From: Candidatus Aenigmatarchaeota archaeon
GTDB taxonomy: Archaea; Aenigmatarchaeota; Aenigmatarchaeia; CG10238-14; SCSR01
DNA: 38,083 nucleotides
Assembly: GCA_026397385.1 (NCBI GenBank)
Contig: JAPLUY010000040.1
Coordinates: 1-38,083, forward strand
Reading direction: 5' to 3'
Part shown: in pieces, positions 7,635 through 17,700 of the stretch
Layout of the letters: every line of letters starts with the position of its first letter
How positions within the stretch are numbered: position 1 is the stretch's first letter
The notes under the pieces: generated by a model
What the model saw: the letters and a program-made list of their open reading frames with translations, nothing else
Databases searched by the model: none
What the model was told of the DNA's origin: nothing
Translations under genes and position numbers: made by a program

Positions 7635-8252
7635 CTAGACGATTCTGTCTGCAACTTTCTTGAGGAAGTTAAGGTATTCTATGTGCTGTATGTTGTGCCT
7701 GAAGTATTCGTCCGGTAGCGAGTTAATTTCGCCAGTGAACACGCCTGCTTCATGTTGAAGGTCGGTGGCGTGCAGTACGATGTAGCCCACGTCGCCGTCC
7801 TTGTTGTACAGCGGGTCTATCTTCTTCCTCACGTATATGCTGGCCGTTTCCCTCGGCGTGTCAGTCCATATCGTGAGCCTGCTGGGTTTGAGGATTTCAA
7901 GCTCATGGGAAATATATTCAGGCACGTTGATTTCCTCCACTGCCGCCATCGACGCGTCGATTAGTTCCGCGATGGTCTTTCCCTCGACGAGCTTCGCTAT
8001 CGACATGACCTTGCTCCTCTTCGATTTGTCGGCCCTGAATATTTTTTCTGCCGACTCCGCTATGTTTTTGTCCAGCTGTCTGAGCATGCACATCGCGAGG
8101 TGCTTGTCCGTAAGCGTGAGGTTCAAATCCGCGTATAACGTGTCCGGGAACGGCGTGTAGTAGAACTCCTTTCCCTCGGACAGTAACGTGTAGAACTTTT
8201 TAATTTTCCTCGTCTGTTCGGCATCCAAGGCGAAGTCGGCCGGTTTTATCAT
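7635..8252 (-). CDS. Hypothetical protein (orphan, AT-richer than its neighbours)
   Basis: The ORF track gives 7635..8285. The first 11 codons overlap a TTTATATATTAT box, so ATG 8252 (MIKPADFALDAEQ...) is the likelier leaderless start. I recognise no family. Its stop lies 1 nt from the aspS stop (convergent). Confidence 0.55.
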   Translation of the reverse strand: MIKPADFALDAEQTRKIKKFYTLLSEGKEFYYTPFPDTLYADLNLTLTDKHLAMCMLRQLDKNIAESAEKIFRADKSKRSKVMSIAKLVEGKTIAELIDASMAAVEEINVPEYISHELEILKPSRLTIWTDTPRETASIYVRKKIDPLYNKDGDVGYIVLHATDLQHEAGVFTGEINSLPDEYFRHNIQHIEYLNFLKKVADRIV

Positions 8253-8271
8253 ATTCGCTACTTTAAAGTGA

Positions 8272-8282
8272 TAATATATAAA
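8272..8282 (-). promoter_or_regulatory. TATA box for the 7635..8252 gene
   Basis: Reverse strand reads TTTATATATTA, 20-30 nt upstream of ATG 8252. Confidence 0.4.
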
Positions 8283-8291
8283 CATTCCTAT

Positions 8292-8555
8292 TTACGGCCG
8301 CGTTTCGTTTTTCTCATGCAGCTTGCACGCGTAGATGTGGCTGCACTCGCGCGCCTTCATGGACGAGAACTTGCAGTCGCACGACCATTCGTTGCGCGTC
8401 TTGTCGAACACGACCGAGTGCAGCTCGGTCTCGCCCTGGACGTTGAAGTATGAGCGGCGCTCAGCCTCCATATCCTTCTTCACCTTGCCCTCGGCGAACA
8501 TGCGCGCTCCCTTGCGCTTCACTCCCATCGAGCTCTCGCCAGACGCAACATCCAT
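8292..8555 (-). CDS. Small SWIM-type zinc-finger protein
   Basis: WSCDCKFSSMKARECSHIYAC fits the SWIM signature C-x-C-x(n)-C-x-H. 87 aa. Confidence 0.6.
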   Translation of the reverse strand: MDVASGESSMGVKRKGARMFAEGKVKKDMEAERRSYFNVQGETELHSVVFDKTRNEWSCDCKFSSMKARECSHIYACKLHEKNETRP

Positions 8556-8607
8556 AATAATTACTTTTTCGAAACCCTTTTAAGCTTAACATTTTATCGT
8601 TTAGTCA

Positions 8608-9861
8608 GTGTTCGGCATGAAGTTTGACAGGAAGGTTTTCGCGTTTGTAACAGTATTCTCTATAGCTGTCATATCCACGTTCGCGCTCGCGATCGGTGCT
8701 GCAAAAGCGTCGTGCGACGGCTATTACTATGGCCAGGCGTGCAACCAGCAGTCAGCGAGCGTGGCGATGTCGACCCCCCAGAACGTCAACGAAGGCCAGA
8801 CCGTCTACGAGAGCATGAACATCCAGAACAACGCCCAGTATGGCAGGAACTATCACATAGACGTTTTTGTGTGCAGGTCGGACGGCTACGACAGCTATGG
8901 CTGCGGGTCGTACAACGGCTGCGACGTTAACAGCTGCGCGGAGATGTCCTGCGACTCCAACGATATCTACATCAGCGCCAACGGCTACCATTCGGTCGGC
9001 TGCTCGCTCGGCATGCACTACGCTGGCCATTACAAGGTCAAGCTGATGCTGTCCGAGGACGGCATTGGCAGCGCCCGCACGTTCTACTCCAGCGATTTCA
9101 CCGTTTTCAACCAGTACGGCACGACATACCCGAGCAACTACTGCGCCGGCGACGGCTGCCAGCGCTACAACAACTACAATTATAACTTCAACGGGAACTA
9201 TCCGTGCGTCGGATCCGCATGCGGACTCAGAGCCGACGAGAAGTCGACGGCCGACTATCGCATCGGGGACTATCGCTGCTTCGGAAGCTACAGGCAGCAG
9301 CTCTTTGCCGACGGATGGAACGAGAGGGTATGGAAGCTGGTAGACTACTGTCCGTACGGCTGCCAGGACGGCAAATGCACAGTGCCTACGAGCGTGCCGA
9401 AGACCGGCAGTCCGGAGATGTACATGCCGAAGCAGTACGATGCAGCGCGCTGCCAGGTCACGCAGGCGCAGTTCTCCGTGAAGAACACCGGGAGCGACGG
9501 CAGCTTCGACCTGAAAGTCTCAGGCGACGCGGCCGCATGGGTCGAGGTCGCGCCTAGCGTAGCTGTTGCCCAGGGCGAGACCAAGCAGGTTACCGCGTTC
9601 GTCTCTGTGCCGTGCGACGCTGCTGCGGGTGAGCATTCGTTCACGATAACTGCCGTCGGAGCGACTATGGACTCGCGCACAACGTCCGTCACGATCCAGA
9701 GCATTAGCATGTTCAACACGCAGCTTTCCGATATCTTCGTGCTTCTGGTGTTGGTTGTCATAGTCGCGGCGCTCGTGTTCAAGCGCGACGACGTGCTCGC
9801 TTACTTCAAGCACAACATGTCTAAGAACGGCAAGGAGGAGAAGTTCTGCAAGCCTATTTAA
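8608..9861 (+). CDS. Cys/Tyr/Asn-rich surface protein with N-terminal signal/anchor and C-terminal TM helix
   Basis: N-terminus KVFAFVTVFSIAVISTFALAIGAAKA. A central Cys-rich region follows. An Ig-like, CARDB/NEW3-type segment reads FSVKNTGSDGSFDLKVSGDAAAWVEVAP...GETKQVTAFVSVP. The C-terminal TM is IFVLLVLVVIVAALVF. ATG 8617 is an alternative start to GTG 8608. Confidence 0.7.
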   Translation: MFGMKFDRKVFAFVTVFSIAVISTFALAIGAAKASCDGYYYGQACNQQSASVAMSTPQNVNEGQTVYESMNIQNNAQYGRNYHIDVFVCRSDGYDSYGCGSYNGCDVNSCAEMSCDSNDIYISANGYHSVGCSLGMHYAGHYKVKLMLSEDGIGSARTFYSSDFTVFNQYGTTYPSNYCAGDGCQRYNNYNYNFNGNYPCVGSACGLRADEKSTADYRIGDYRCFGSYRQQLFADGWNERVWKLVDYCPYGCQDGKCTVPTSVPKTGSPEMYMPKQYDAARCQVTQAQFSVKNTGSDGSFDLKVSGDAAAWVEVAPSVAVAQGETKQVTAFVSVPCDAAAGEHSFTITAVGATMDSRTTSVTIQSISMFNTQLSDIFVLLVLVVIVAALVFKRDDVLAYFKHNMSKNGKEEKFCKPI

Positions 9862-9903
9862 GTTTCATTTTTAGATTTCGAGTAGACGACAAAGAGAAAG
9901 CAA

Positions 9904-10260
9904 ATGGGAATGATTGAAATGGCAGAGAACGAAGATTGGAAAGAGTTCCTCGTCCCGGAAGCGCAGAAGACGCTCGCGGACCTGCTGAACGCCGCTAAGA
10001 AACACAAAGGCGCGTACATGCAGGCCGAGGACGTCAAGGTCGCGCAGCTGTGGGCCGCGCTGGTGGAGATGAAGACCCAGCTCGACTGCATACAGTGTGC
10101 GCAGGCCAAGTCCGAAGGTCCTTTCCGCGCCATCGTCGAGATGGGCGAAGCGGAGAAGCGCAAGGCGATTGAGCGCATGATACGCGACATGATCAAGCCT
10201 GAGGACGATTCCGCAGAGGAAGCGACGCAGAAGCTGGTCGACAGCCTGATGAAATTCTAA
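9904..10260 (+). CDS. Hypothetical small helical protein
   Basis: 118-aa ORF with coding-like composition that fills an otherwise empty slot. I recognise no motif. Confidence 0.5.
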   Translation: MGMIEMAENEDWKEFLVPEAQKTLADLLNAAKKHKGAYMQAEDVKVAQLWAALVEMKTQLDCIQCAQAKSEGPFRAIVEMGEAEKRKAIERMIRDMIKPEDDSAEEATQKLVDSLMKF

Positions 10261-10326
10261 GGCCGCGCGTTTTATGTTGTTCGACGCGGCGCTATATTTT
10301 AATACTCCCGATTCTATCTGTTTTCC

Positions 10327-11256
10327 ATGAGCGCGAGCATCGTGCCTGCGGTCGAAAAGCTGAAGCGCTTCAATGCGAAGCGCGTTTTCGTGCAGTACCC
10401 CGAGGGGCTGAAGCTGCGCGTGCAGGGCATTGCGAAGGAGCTTGAGGCTGCCGGGTTCGAAGTCATCGTCTCCGTCGAGCCGTGCTACGGCGCGTGCGAC
10501 CTGCGCGACGCGGAGGCGAAGCGTCTCGGATGCGACGCGCTGCTGCACATCGGTCACGAGGATTTCGGCGTGAAGTCGGAGCTGCTGGTCGTTTTCTGGG
10601 AGTATTTCATCGACACCGATCCGGCGCCGATCATCGAGAAGGAATTCGCAAAGCTGAAACCTTATGGCAGGATAGGGATTGTGACTAGCATCCAGTTCGT
10701 GCACGCCGTCGAGAAGGCGAGGAAGTTCTTGGAGAAGAACGGGAAGAAGGTTCTCACACACAAAGCGCTGCAGTACGAAGGCCAGATACTCGGATGCAAC
10801 CTTGACGCTGCGCTGAAAATCGAGAATGACGTCGACGCGTTCCTGTGCATTTCCGCGGGCAAATTCTACGGGCTCGGCCTCGTGATGAAAACTGACAAAC
10901 CGATGTTTTGCCTTGATTTGGAAAAAGGCACGCTGTCGGACATGGACGAGCTGAAGAAAAGGATTCAGAAGACAATCGCGTGGAACCGCGCCGCGCTCGA
11001 CGATGCGAAGCGCGTGGCGTTGCTCGTGAGCTGGAAACGCGGGCAGGCGAAATCTCCGTTCGAACTGAAGAAGAAGCTCGAGGCGAAAGGGAAGGAAGTT
11101 ATAATTCTGGCGATGGACGAGATAACGCCTGAGAAGCTGACTGGTCTGAAGATAGACGCCGCGCTCAACCTCGCGTGCCCACGCATAGGCATCGACGACC
11201 TGGGGCGGTACAGGATGCCGGTGCTGAATCTGGAAGACGCTGGAACCTTAATTTAA
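10327..11256 (+). CDS. dph2: Diphthamide synthesis protein Dph2 (2-(3-amino-3-carboxypropyl)histidine synthase)
   Basis: AKRVFVQYPEGLK, CYGACDLRDAEAKRLGCDALLHIGH, ILGCN and LACPRIGIDD all line up with archaeal Dph2. Confidence 0.88.
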   Translation: MSASIVPAVEKLKRFNAKRVFVQYPEGLKLRVQGIAKELEAAGFEVIVSVEPCYGACDLRDAEAKRLGCDALLHIGHEDFGVKSELLVVFWEYFIDTDPAPIIEKEFAKLKPYGRIGIVTSIQFVHAVEKARKFLEKNGKKVLTHKALQYEGQILGCNLDAALKIENDVDAFLCISAGKFYGLGLVMKTDKPMFCLDLEKGTLSDMDELKKRIQKTIAWNRAALDDAKRVALLVSWKRGQAKSPFELKKKLEAKGKEVIILAMDEITPEKLTGLKIDAALNLACPRIGIDDLGRYRMPVLNLEDAGTLI

Positions 11257-11289
11257 ACAAGCAAGAGAAATTATCTTTCAGGTGTTTGC

Positions 11290-11619
11290 ATGCCGAGACG
11301 CAAGAAATCTGAAGCGATGGAGGAAAAGTTCGAGAAGTCCGAGGAACCCGCGGATCGCGAGTCTGCGGAGGAGACGTCTACAGGTATGGACACGGAACAG
11401 CAGAAGGACATAAAGCTCGGCGAGTTCCAGCTCAGGCCGGACTCGGTGCTGCTCGTCAAGAAGACCACGTACAAGGGCGACGAGCGCATAGACTTCCGCG
11501 TCTGGAAGAACACGGCGATGTACAAAGGCCCCACAAAGCAGGGGTTCGTGCTGCCGATGGACATGCTCGACGACTTCATCAAGATGGTAAGCTTGATGAA
11601 GAAGAAGCTCGCCGGTTAG
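11290..11619 (+). CDS. PC4/p15-like ssDNA-binding domain protein
   Basis: An acidic N-terminus is followed by LVKKTTYKGDERIDFRVWKNTAMYKGPTKQGFVLPMDMLDDF. This resembles the PC4 C-terminal fold pattern (..IDIRE(W/Y)....G...PTKKGISL...). Confidence 0.6.
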   Translation: MPRRKKSEAMEEKFEKSEEPADRESAEETSTGMDTEQQKDIKLGEFQLRPDSVLLVKKTTYKGDERIDFRVWKNTAMYKGPTKQGFVLPMDMLDDFIKMVSLMKKKLAG

Positions 11620-11676
11620 ACGGAGCGGGCGCGGCCGTATTTCTGAACAGTTAACAATAATACTCCTCAGACGAAG

Positions 11677-11685
11677 ATATAATTA
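11677..11685 (+). promoter_or_regulatory. TATA-like box upstream of the giant ORF
   Basis: ATATAATTA is centred about 31 nt upstream of the TTG start at 11712. Confidence 0.3.
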
Positions 11686-11711
11686 GGCTTCCGCTGGTCT
11701 GGTGAAACCGT

Positions 11712-14700
11712 TTGTACAAGGGCGTTGGTAAATACGCTGTCACGTTTCTGGCTCTCGCAGTCTTAGCAGGCGTTATGCTCGGCGGCCTGAACTCGATGGT
11801 GTCAAGCATCAGCGGATTCGCCTCCGCCGTAGGTTCGCCGTCCTCCGCCGGCAGCACTTATGACGTCTACACCTCCGGATCGGTATATTACGCCAAAGAC
11901 CCTTCCGGCAAAGTCATCTATTCCGATACGGACGCCGTGTCCGTGATACAGGCCGCGATTAACAAGGCCGCATATGGCGACTTGGTGCGCATAGAAGCCG
12001 GGAACTATGCGATTTCCAAGACGCTGTACGGCAAGAACGGCGTGTCGCTTTCAGGAAACGGGGCGGTTTTCAACGCCACGCGATACACCGGCATCTACAT
12101 CCTCAAGTACGTCGGCTCCGTCGTCAGCCAGGCTTCCCTCCAGTCCGCTTCGGCCGGCAGCACGTCGATAACGGTCGGTACGCCAAACTTCGCAGCGCCC
12201 GGCGACCTGATAAAGATATACGAAGGCGCGGTGTGGAAGAGCAACGGCATGGGGCAGATGAAAGGCGAGCTGGCAATCGTGGCGTCCGTGAGCGGAAACA
12301 CGCTCGTGCTCAAGACGCCGCTGATGGACAGCTACTCCGGAGCGCTCGTGGGCAAATACTCGCCAGTGAACGACTTCGAAATCTCCGGCCTCAAGGTCGT
12401 CGGATACGAGGGGAGCCAGCACGTGGGCATAACGATCTACGGCGGCACCAACATACACATCCATGACAACTCCTTCTACGACGTGGAGGTGCAGTCTATC
12501 GCCATAAGCGACGTGACAAACGCGCTCGTCGATTATAATTATTTCGAGAGGTCGGACGCTGCCGGGATGGGGTACGGCGTTGCTCTTGGCTATGCAACGG
12601 ACCACGTGATCGTGCAGTACAACGAAGGACACCATTGCAGGCACGTCATAGCCATCGGCGGTGGGGCGTCGACGTTCCCGCTAGGCGGCGTACCGCGCTA
12701 CCTCACGATGAAATACAACAAGGCATACGACAGCGGCGCGGACGGCGGCGGCTCCAGCTCGGCCTTCGACTGCCATTCGGTGGGCGAGCACATAGACTAC
12801 ATCGGCAACGAGGTCTACGGCGGCCTGCAGGGCATATGGGTCCAGCAGTACAGCGGGCTGATAGACGGCAACATCATCCAGGGCGTGACGAACCGCGGCA
12901 TAACTGTCACCAACTACCCGAACAACGGCGGGATTACGATTTCAGGCAACACCGTCGACGGGCCGGGCGCTTATGCGCTGCTTATAACAGAACCCAACGT
13001 CCTCGTCACGGGCAACACGCTGAGGAACGGCCTAGGCAGCGGCCTCGTCATAGACGGCGCGAACGGCACGAAGGTGTACGGGAACACCATATCCAACTTC
13101 GCCGGGAACGACATTGATATCTGGCACGGGAGCAGCAACACCGACATCTCCGGAAACACCATCTCCGGAGGCGCGAACAGCATAAAGATAGAGAGCGCCG
13201 ACTGCAAGCAGACCAACATCTACGGCAACTGCTTCACGGGGCGGAGCATAGTCGACTACGGCACCGGTACAATTATAGGCAAGGACGTATGCCCGGCGAC
13301 TACAACCATCACCGTGCCTTCATCGTCCACGTCAACGACCACCACCATCGCAGGCACTTGCACGACCCACGCTCAGTGCTCCCGGGCGTGCTCTGCGTCC
13401 TGCCCGGCCGGCGTGTACGGTTGCTGCTACGGCTGCAACCTGGGCCAGTGCGTCGGCGGCGCGTGTGTATGTTTGCAAGACACGCCGTACTGTTCCAACT
13501 TCCCGCCATACCAGGTGGGCAGCTCGTGCGCGTCCGGCACAACTACAACGACGGTCCCTCCGGCGACCACGACTACGTTGCCGTCGTGCACGTTGCTCAC
13601 GCTCTCGCCGTCATCGGGCGCGCCCGGCTACACGGTCACGGCCACGATGTCATACAGTACGTGCAAGATATGCGATTATCTCGGATGCTCGGGCAGCAGC
13701 TGCGTAGGCTCGCAGGGCCGCACGGGCAGCGGCACGTTCACATCACCGGGCGCGGCCGGGACGTTCGGATACTACGCCTGCCCGGGCGGAGGGCATGCGG
13801 TGATAATCGTCACTGCTGCTACTACAACGACGATTCCGGCAGCCACGTACAAGCTTACCATGTTATCATCCGTAGGCGGCACGACCGACCCGGCCGCGGG
13901 CGTGCGCACGTACCCGAACAACACATGGGTGAACATCACCGCCTACCCCGCGTCCGGTTACAGGTTCGTGAGATGGCTGAGGAACGGCGTGAACGCCTCG
14001 ACGGACAACCCGTCTTACCTGATAACGAATGCGGACAAGACGGCACAGCCCGTGTTCGAAACAATACCGACTACGACTACCACCGTCGCAGGAAGCTGCA
14101 CGACCCACGCTCAGTGCTCCCGGGCGTGCTCTGCGTCCTGCCCGGCCGGCGTGTACGGCTGCTGCTACGGCTGCAACCTGGGCCAGTGCGTCGGAAGCAA
14201 GTGCATATGCAGGCAGGATGCGCCGTACTGTTCCAACTTCCCGCCCTATCAGGTAGGCAGCTTGTGCACGTCTGCAACGACCACCACTACATCTACTTCC
14301 ACAACTACGACAACCGTCCCTTCCGGTTACACATACACCCTATCGATCTTAGGTTCGACCATCAAGGCTGTCAACTCCGCAGGCACAACGGTAAAAACCG
14401 GCTCAGATTTCGGAGCCGTTTTCAATTATCTAGACTCCGTACTTCAGACAGGCAACTCGATTCATCTCACCGGCGGAACATATCCTGTGTCAACCTTTGC
14501 AAAACTCACGAAGGCACAAACCCTCGTAGACGCCGACTCTGGTGCCATACTGAGCGGTCAGACCGGACTCAATCAGGATCCCCTGATGATAATCCAAGGA
14601 TTGCATAACACTGTTAAAGGCATAAACTTCGTCGACAACTACAGAGGTGGGGTCTCCTGCTCCGTAGTCATAATGGGTAGCTACAACACCGTCCGGGAAT

Positions 14701-17700
14701 GCACCCTAGACGACTCCGACCGCTACGGGTTCTGCACAGACGCGGCTGACCACTTCACCATCGTATATAATACCATTTACAAGGCACAGTACGGAATCTC
14801 AGGGAGCGACAACGGAGCCAACAGCGTGTGGTCTACCAACGGATACGTAGCCTACAACACGATCGGCGACTGCAACCAGTGCGGCATAAAGATGAAGATG
14901 TGGAAGGACGTCCTGGTCACCCAGAATACAATCGATGTCGGCTACAAAGAATGGGATAACACGTCTTACAACAATGGTCAGTTTTCAGACCCAAGCCGTT
15001 ACCAGACCTACGGGAGTGTCGGAATAAGATATTACCAAGCCGATACGCCCACGCAGAACGTGACGGTCAGCTACAACACCATAATCGACACCACTCGGAA
15101 ATATCCCAAAGGAGCCGGTATACTGGTGGATGCAGATAAACATTTGGATTGGACTAGCTGTCCCTACCCTGCTTCCGGCGAGAAGATCCTGCACAACACC
15201 GTGTCAACGCCTTGGTACGGCCTAATAATCCAGCACGATGGGGTGGATGCCGAATACAACGACTTTAGCGGCGTCACTGGCAGTCCAGGCATATTCAACG
15301 GTTGGGGAATCGACATCAGGGCGAACAACTGCCAAATCATTGGCAACACTGGTTCAATAAACAATCAGGGAACAGGGAACACGATAACATCCCCGATAAC
15401 AACTTCAACGACGACCACCACCATCGCAGGCACTTGCACGACCCACGCTCAGTGCTCCCGGGCGTGCAGCGCGCTCTGCCCTGCAGGCGTGTACGGTTGC
15501 TGCTACGGCTGCAACATAGGTCAGTGCGTCGGTGGCGCCTGCATATGCGAGCAGGACACGACGTACTGCTCTAATTTCCCGCCATACCAGGTGGGCAGCT
15601 CGTGCGCGTCTGCAACGACCACGACGATCCCGGCAGCCACGTACAAGCTTACCATGTTATCATCCGTTGGCGGCACGACCGACCCGGCTGCGGGCGTGCG
15701 CACGTACCCGAACAACACATGGGTGAACATCACCGCCTATCCGGCGTCCGGTTACAAGTTCGTGAGATGGTTGAGGAACGGCGTCAACGCTTCGACGGAT
15801 AACCCGTCGTACCTAGTAACGAACGCTGACAAGACGGCCCAGCCGGTGTTCGAAGCCACGACGACCACAACAACTATTATTCAGCCGACGACATCGACGA
15901 CTGCCACTTCCACGACGACAACAAGCACAACCACTACGATTCCATCGACGACGACCACGAGACCCTCGTCCACCACGACGACTGCGATCATTCCAACCAC
16001 TACGACTCTCCTTCAAACATGCAAGCTTGCAACAGTCACGCTAAAACAGAACTGCGCGGCCGGAAGCTCGTCCGCATGCGAACAGGGCGAGACTGTTGTC
16101 GTGTCGGGCACTTATACTGGCGACTGCGCCGCGGCGGACTTCCTGCAGGCAGACGCGCTCTCGAGCGACGGCCTTTGCGACATCGAGTACCTCGGCGGGA
16201 ACATGCGAGGCATAGGCGCGTCTTCCATAACATTGTCAGGCGGGACGGTCAGTGGCGCTTGGACTGTCCCAGTGATAGCGTCGGCATGCTCCGGGAAAAT
16301 CATAAGCCCGACCGCAGCGGCGCTGTACGACGGAGGCGCGCCAGGCACGGGCACGATGGTAAACATCACGCGAACTGTCGCAGGGTCTTTCGCGCTTGCC
16401 GCAGCTGCGACTACTACGACAATCACGACGACTACGACGAGCACGACCACCACGACCATTCCGCAGCCCTGCAAACTGACGTCTGTGTCATTGTCGCCGA
16501 ACTGCGCGGCCGGAAGCCCGTCCGCATGCGAACAGGGCGAGACTGTTGTCGTGTCGGGCACTTATACTGGCGACTGCGCCGCGACGGACTTCCTGCAGGC
16601 AGACGCGCTCTCGAGCGACGGCTCGTGCACGATACAGAACGCGGGCGGCAGCATGCAAGGCATCGCCACCGCAGTATCGCCGTCCGGCGGCGCGATTTCC
16701 AGCACATGGACCGTGCCTTTCATAAGCTCTGCGTGCTACGGGACGGTCATAAGCCCGGTGCGCGCCACGCTTTATACAGGCCTAGTGTCGTCCAGCTCGG
16801 CGACCTCCGTCAGCGGCTCCTTCGCGTTTGCCGCGTGCTCCAACCACGCGCAATGCTCGCAGGTCTGCTCGTCCTCGTGCGCGGCGAACGTCTACGGCTG
16901 CTGCTCCGGGTGCAACATAGGCCAGTGCAACTCCCAGACGCACAGATGCTACTGCTCTTCCGACAGCACGTACTGCTCGTCGGCCCCGTCGTACCAAGTG
17001 GGGCAGGCGTGCGGCGCGACGACCACGATCGTGCCCACGACGACAACGATAAAACCTACTACGACCACGACGACAATGCCGGCCACAACTACTACTAAAC
17101 CGCCGACGACTACCACGACAACCACACCCACAACAACGCCTTACACGGTGTCGGCATCGGGTTCCACATACACCGCTAAAAACCCGTCCGGCGGCGTCAT
17201 CTATTCGGGCTCTTCGGCGTCGACGGCCATACAATCTGCAATAACCAGCCTGCCGTCCGGAAGGACGTCAAAGGTAAAAATCTTACTGCAAGGCGATTTC
17301 ACACTAGCCAAGACAATAACCATCGCCAATTACATGGTCCTTGAACTTAACGGTAAAATAACTCTGGCGAATTCAGCGAACCAGCATATGCTTTACGCCA
17401 GCGGTAAGAGCAACTTCGAGATTATCGGTGGGGAGTGGGACGGCAACAAGGCGAATCAGGTCGGGTATGCCTATCAGAGCGATGTCAGGGGATTCGAGTT
17501 GGAGTCGTGCACTGACTACCTCGTAAGCGGCGTGACCGTCCACAACACCGTGGACGACGCGGTAGCCTCGCTTTACTGCTCCCGGGCGACGATTGACCAC
17601 AACAACGTATACGACTGCGGCGGAGCAATCCCGCTCTATTACACTAGCGACAGCCGAGTAACCAACAACATAATTCACGACGCCCATGCCGGAATCTACA

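Noticed and set aside
9871-10761. 296-aa reverse-strand ORF across 9904..10260 and the dph2 start
   Set aside because: Shadow ORF. The plus strand encodes a clear Dph2.
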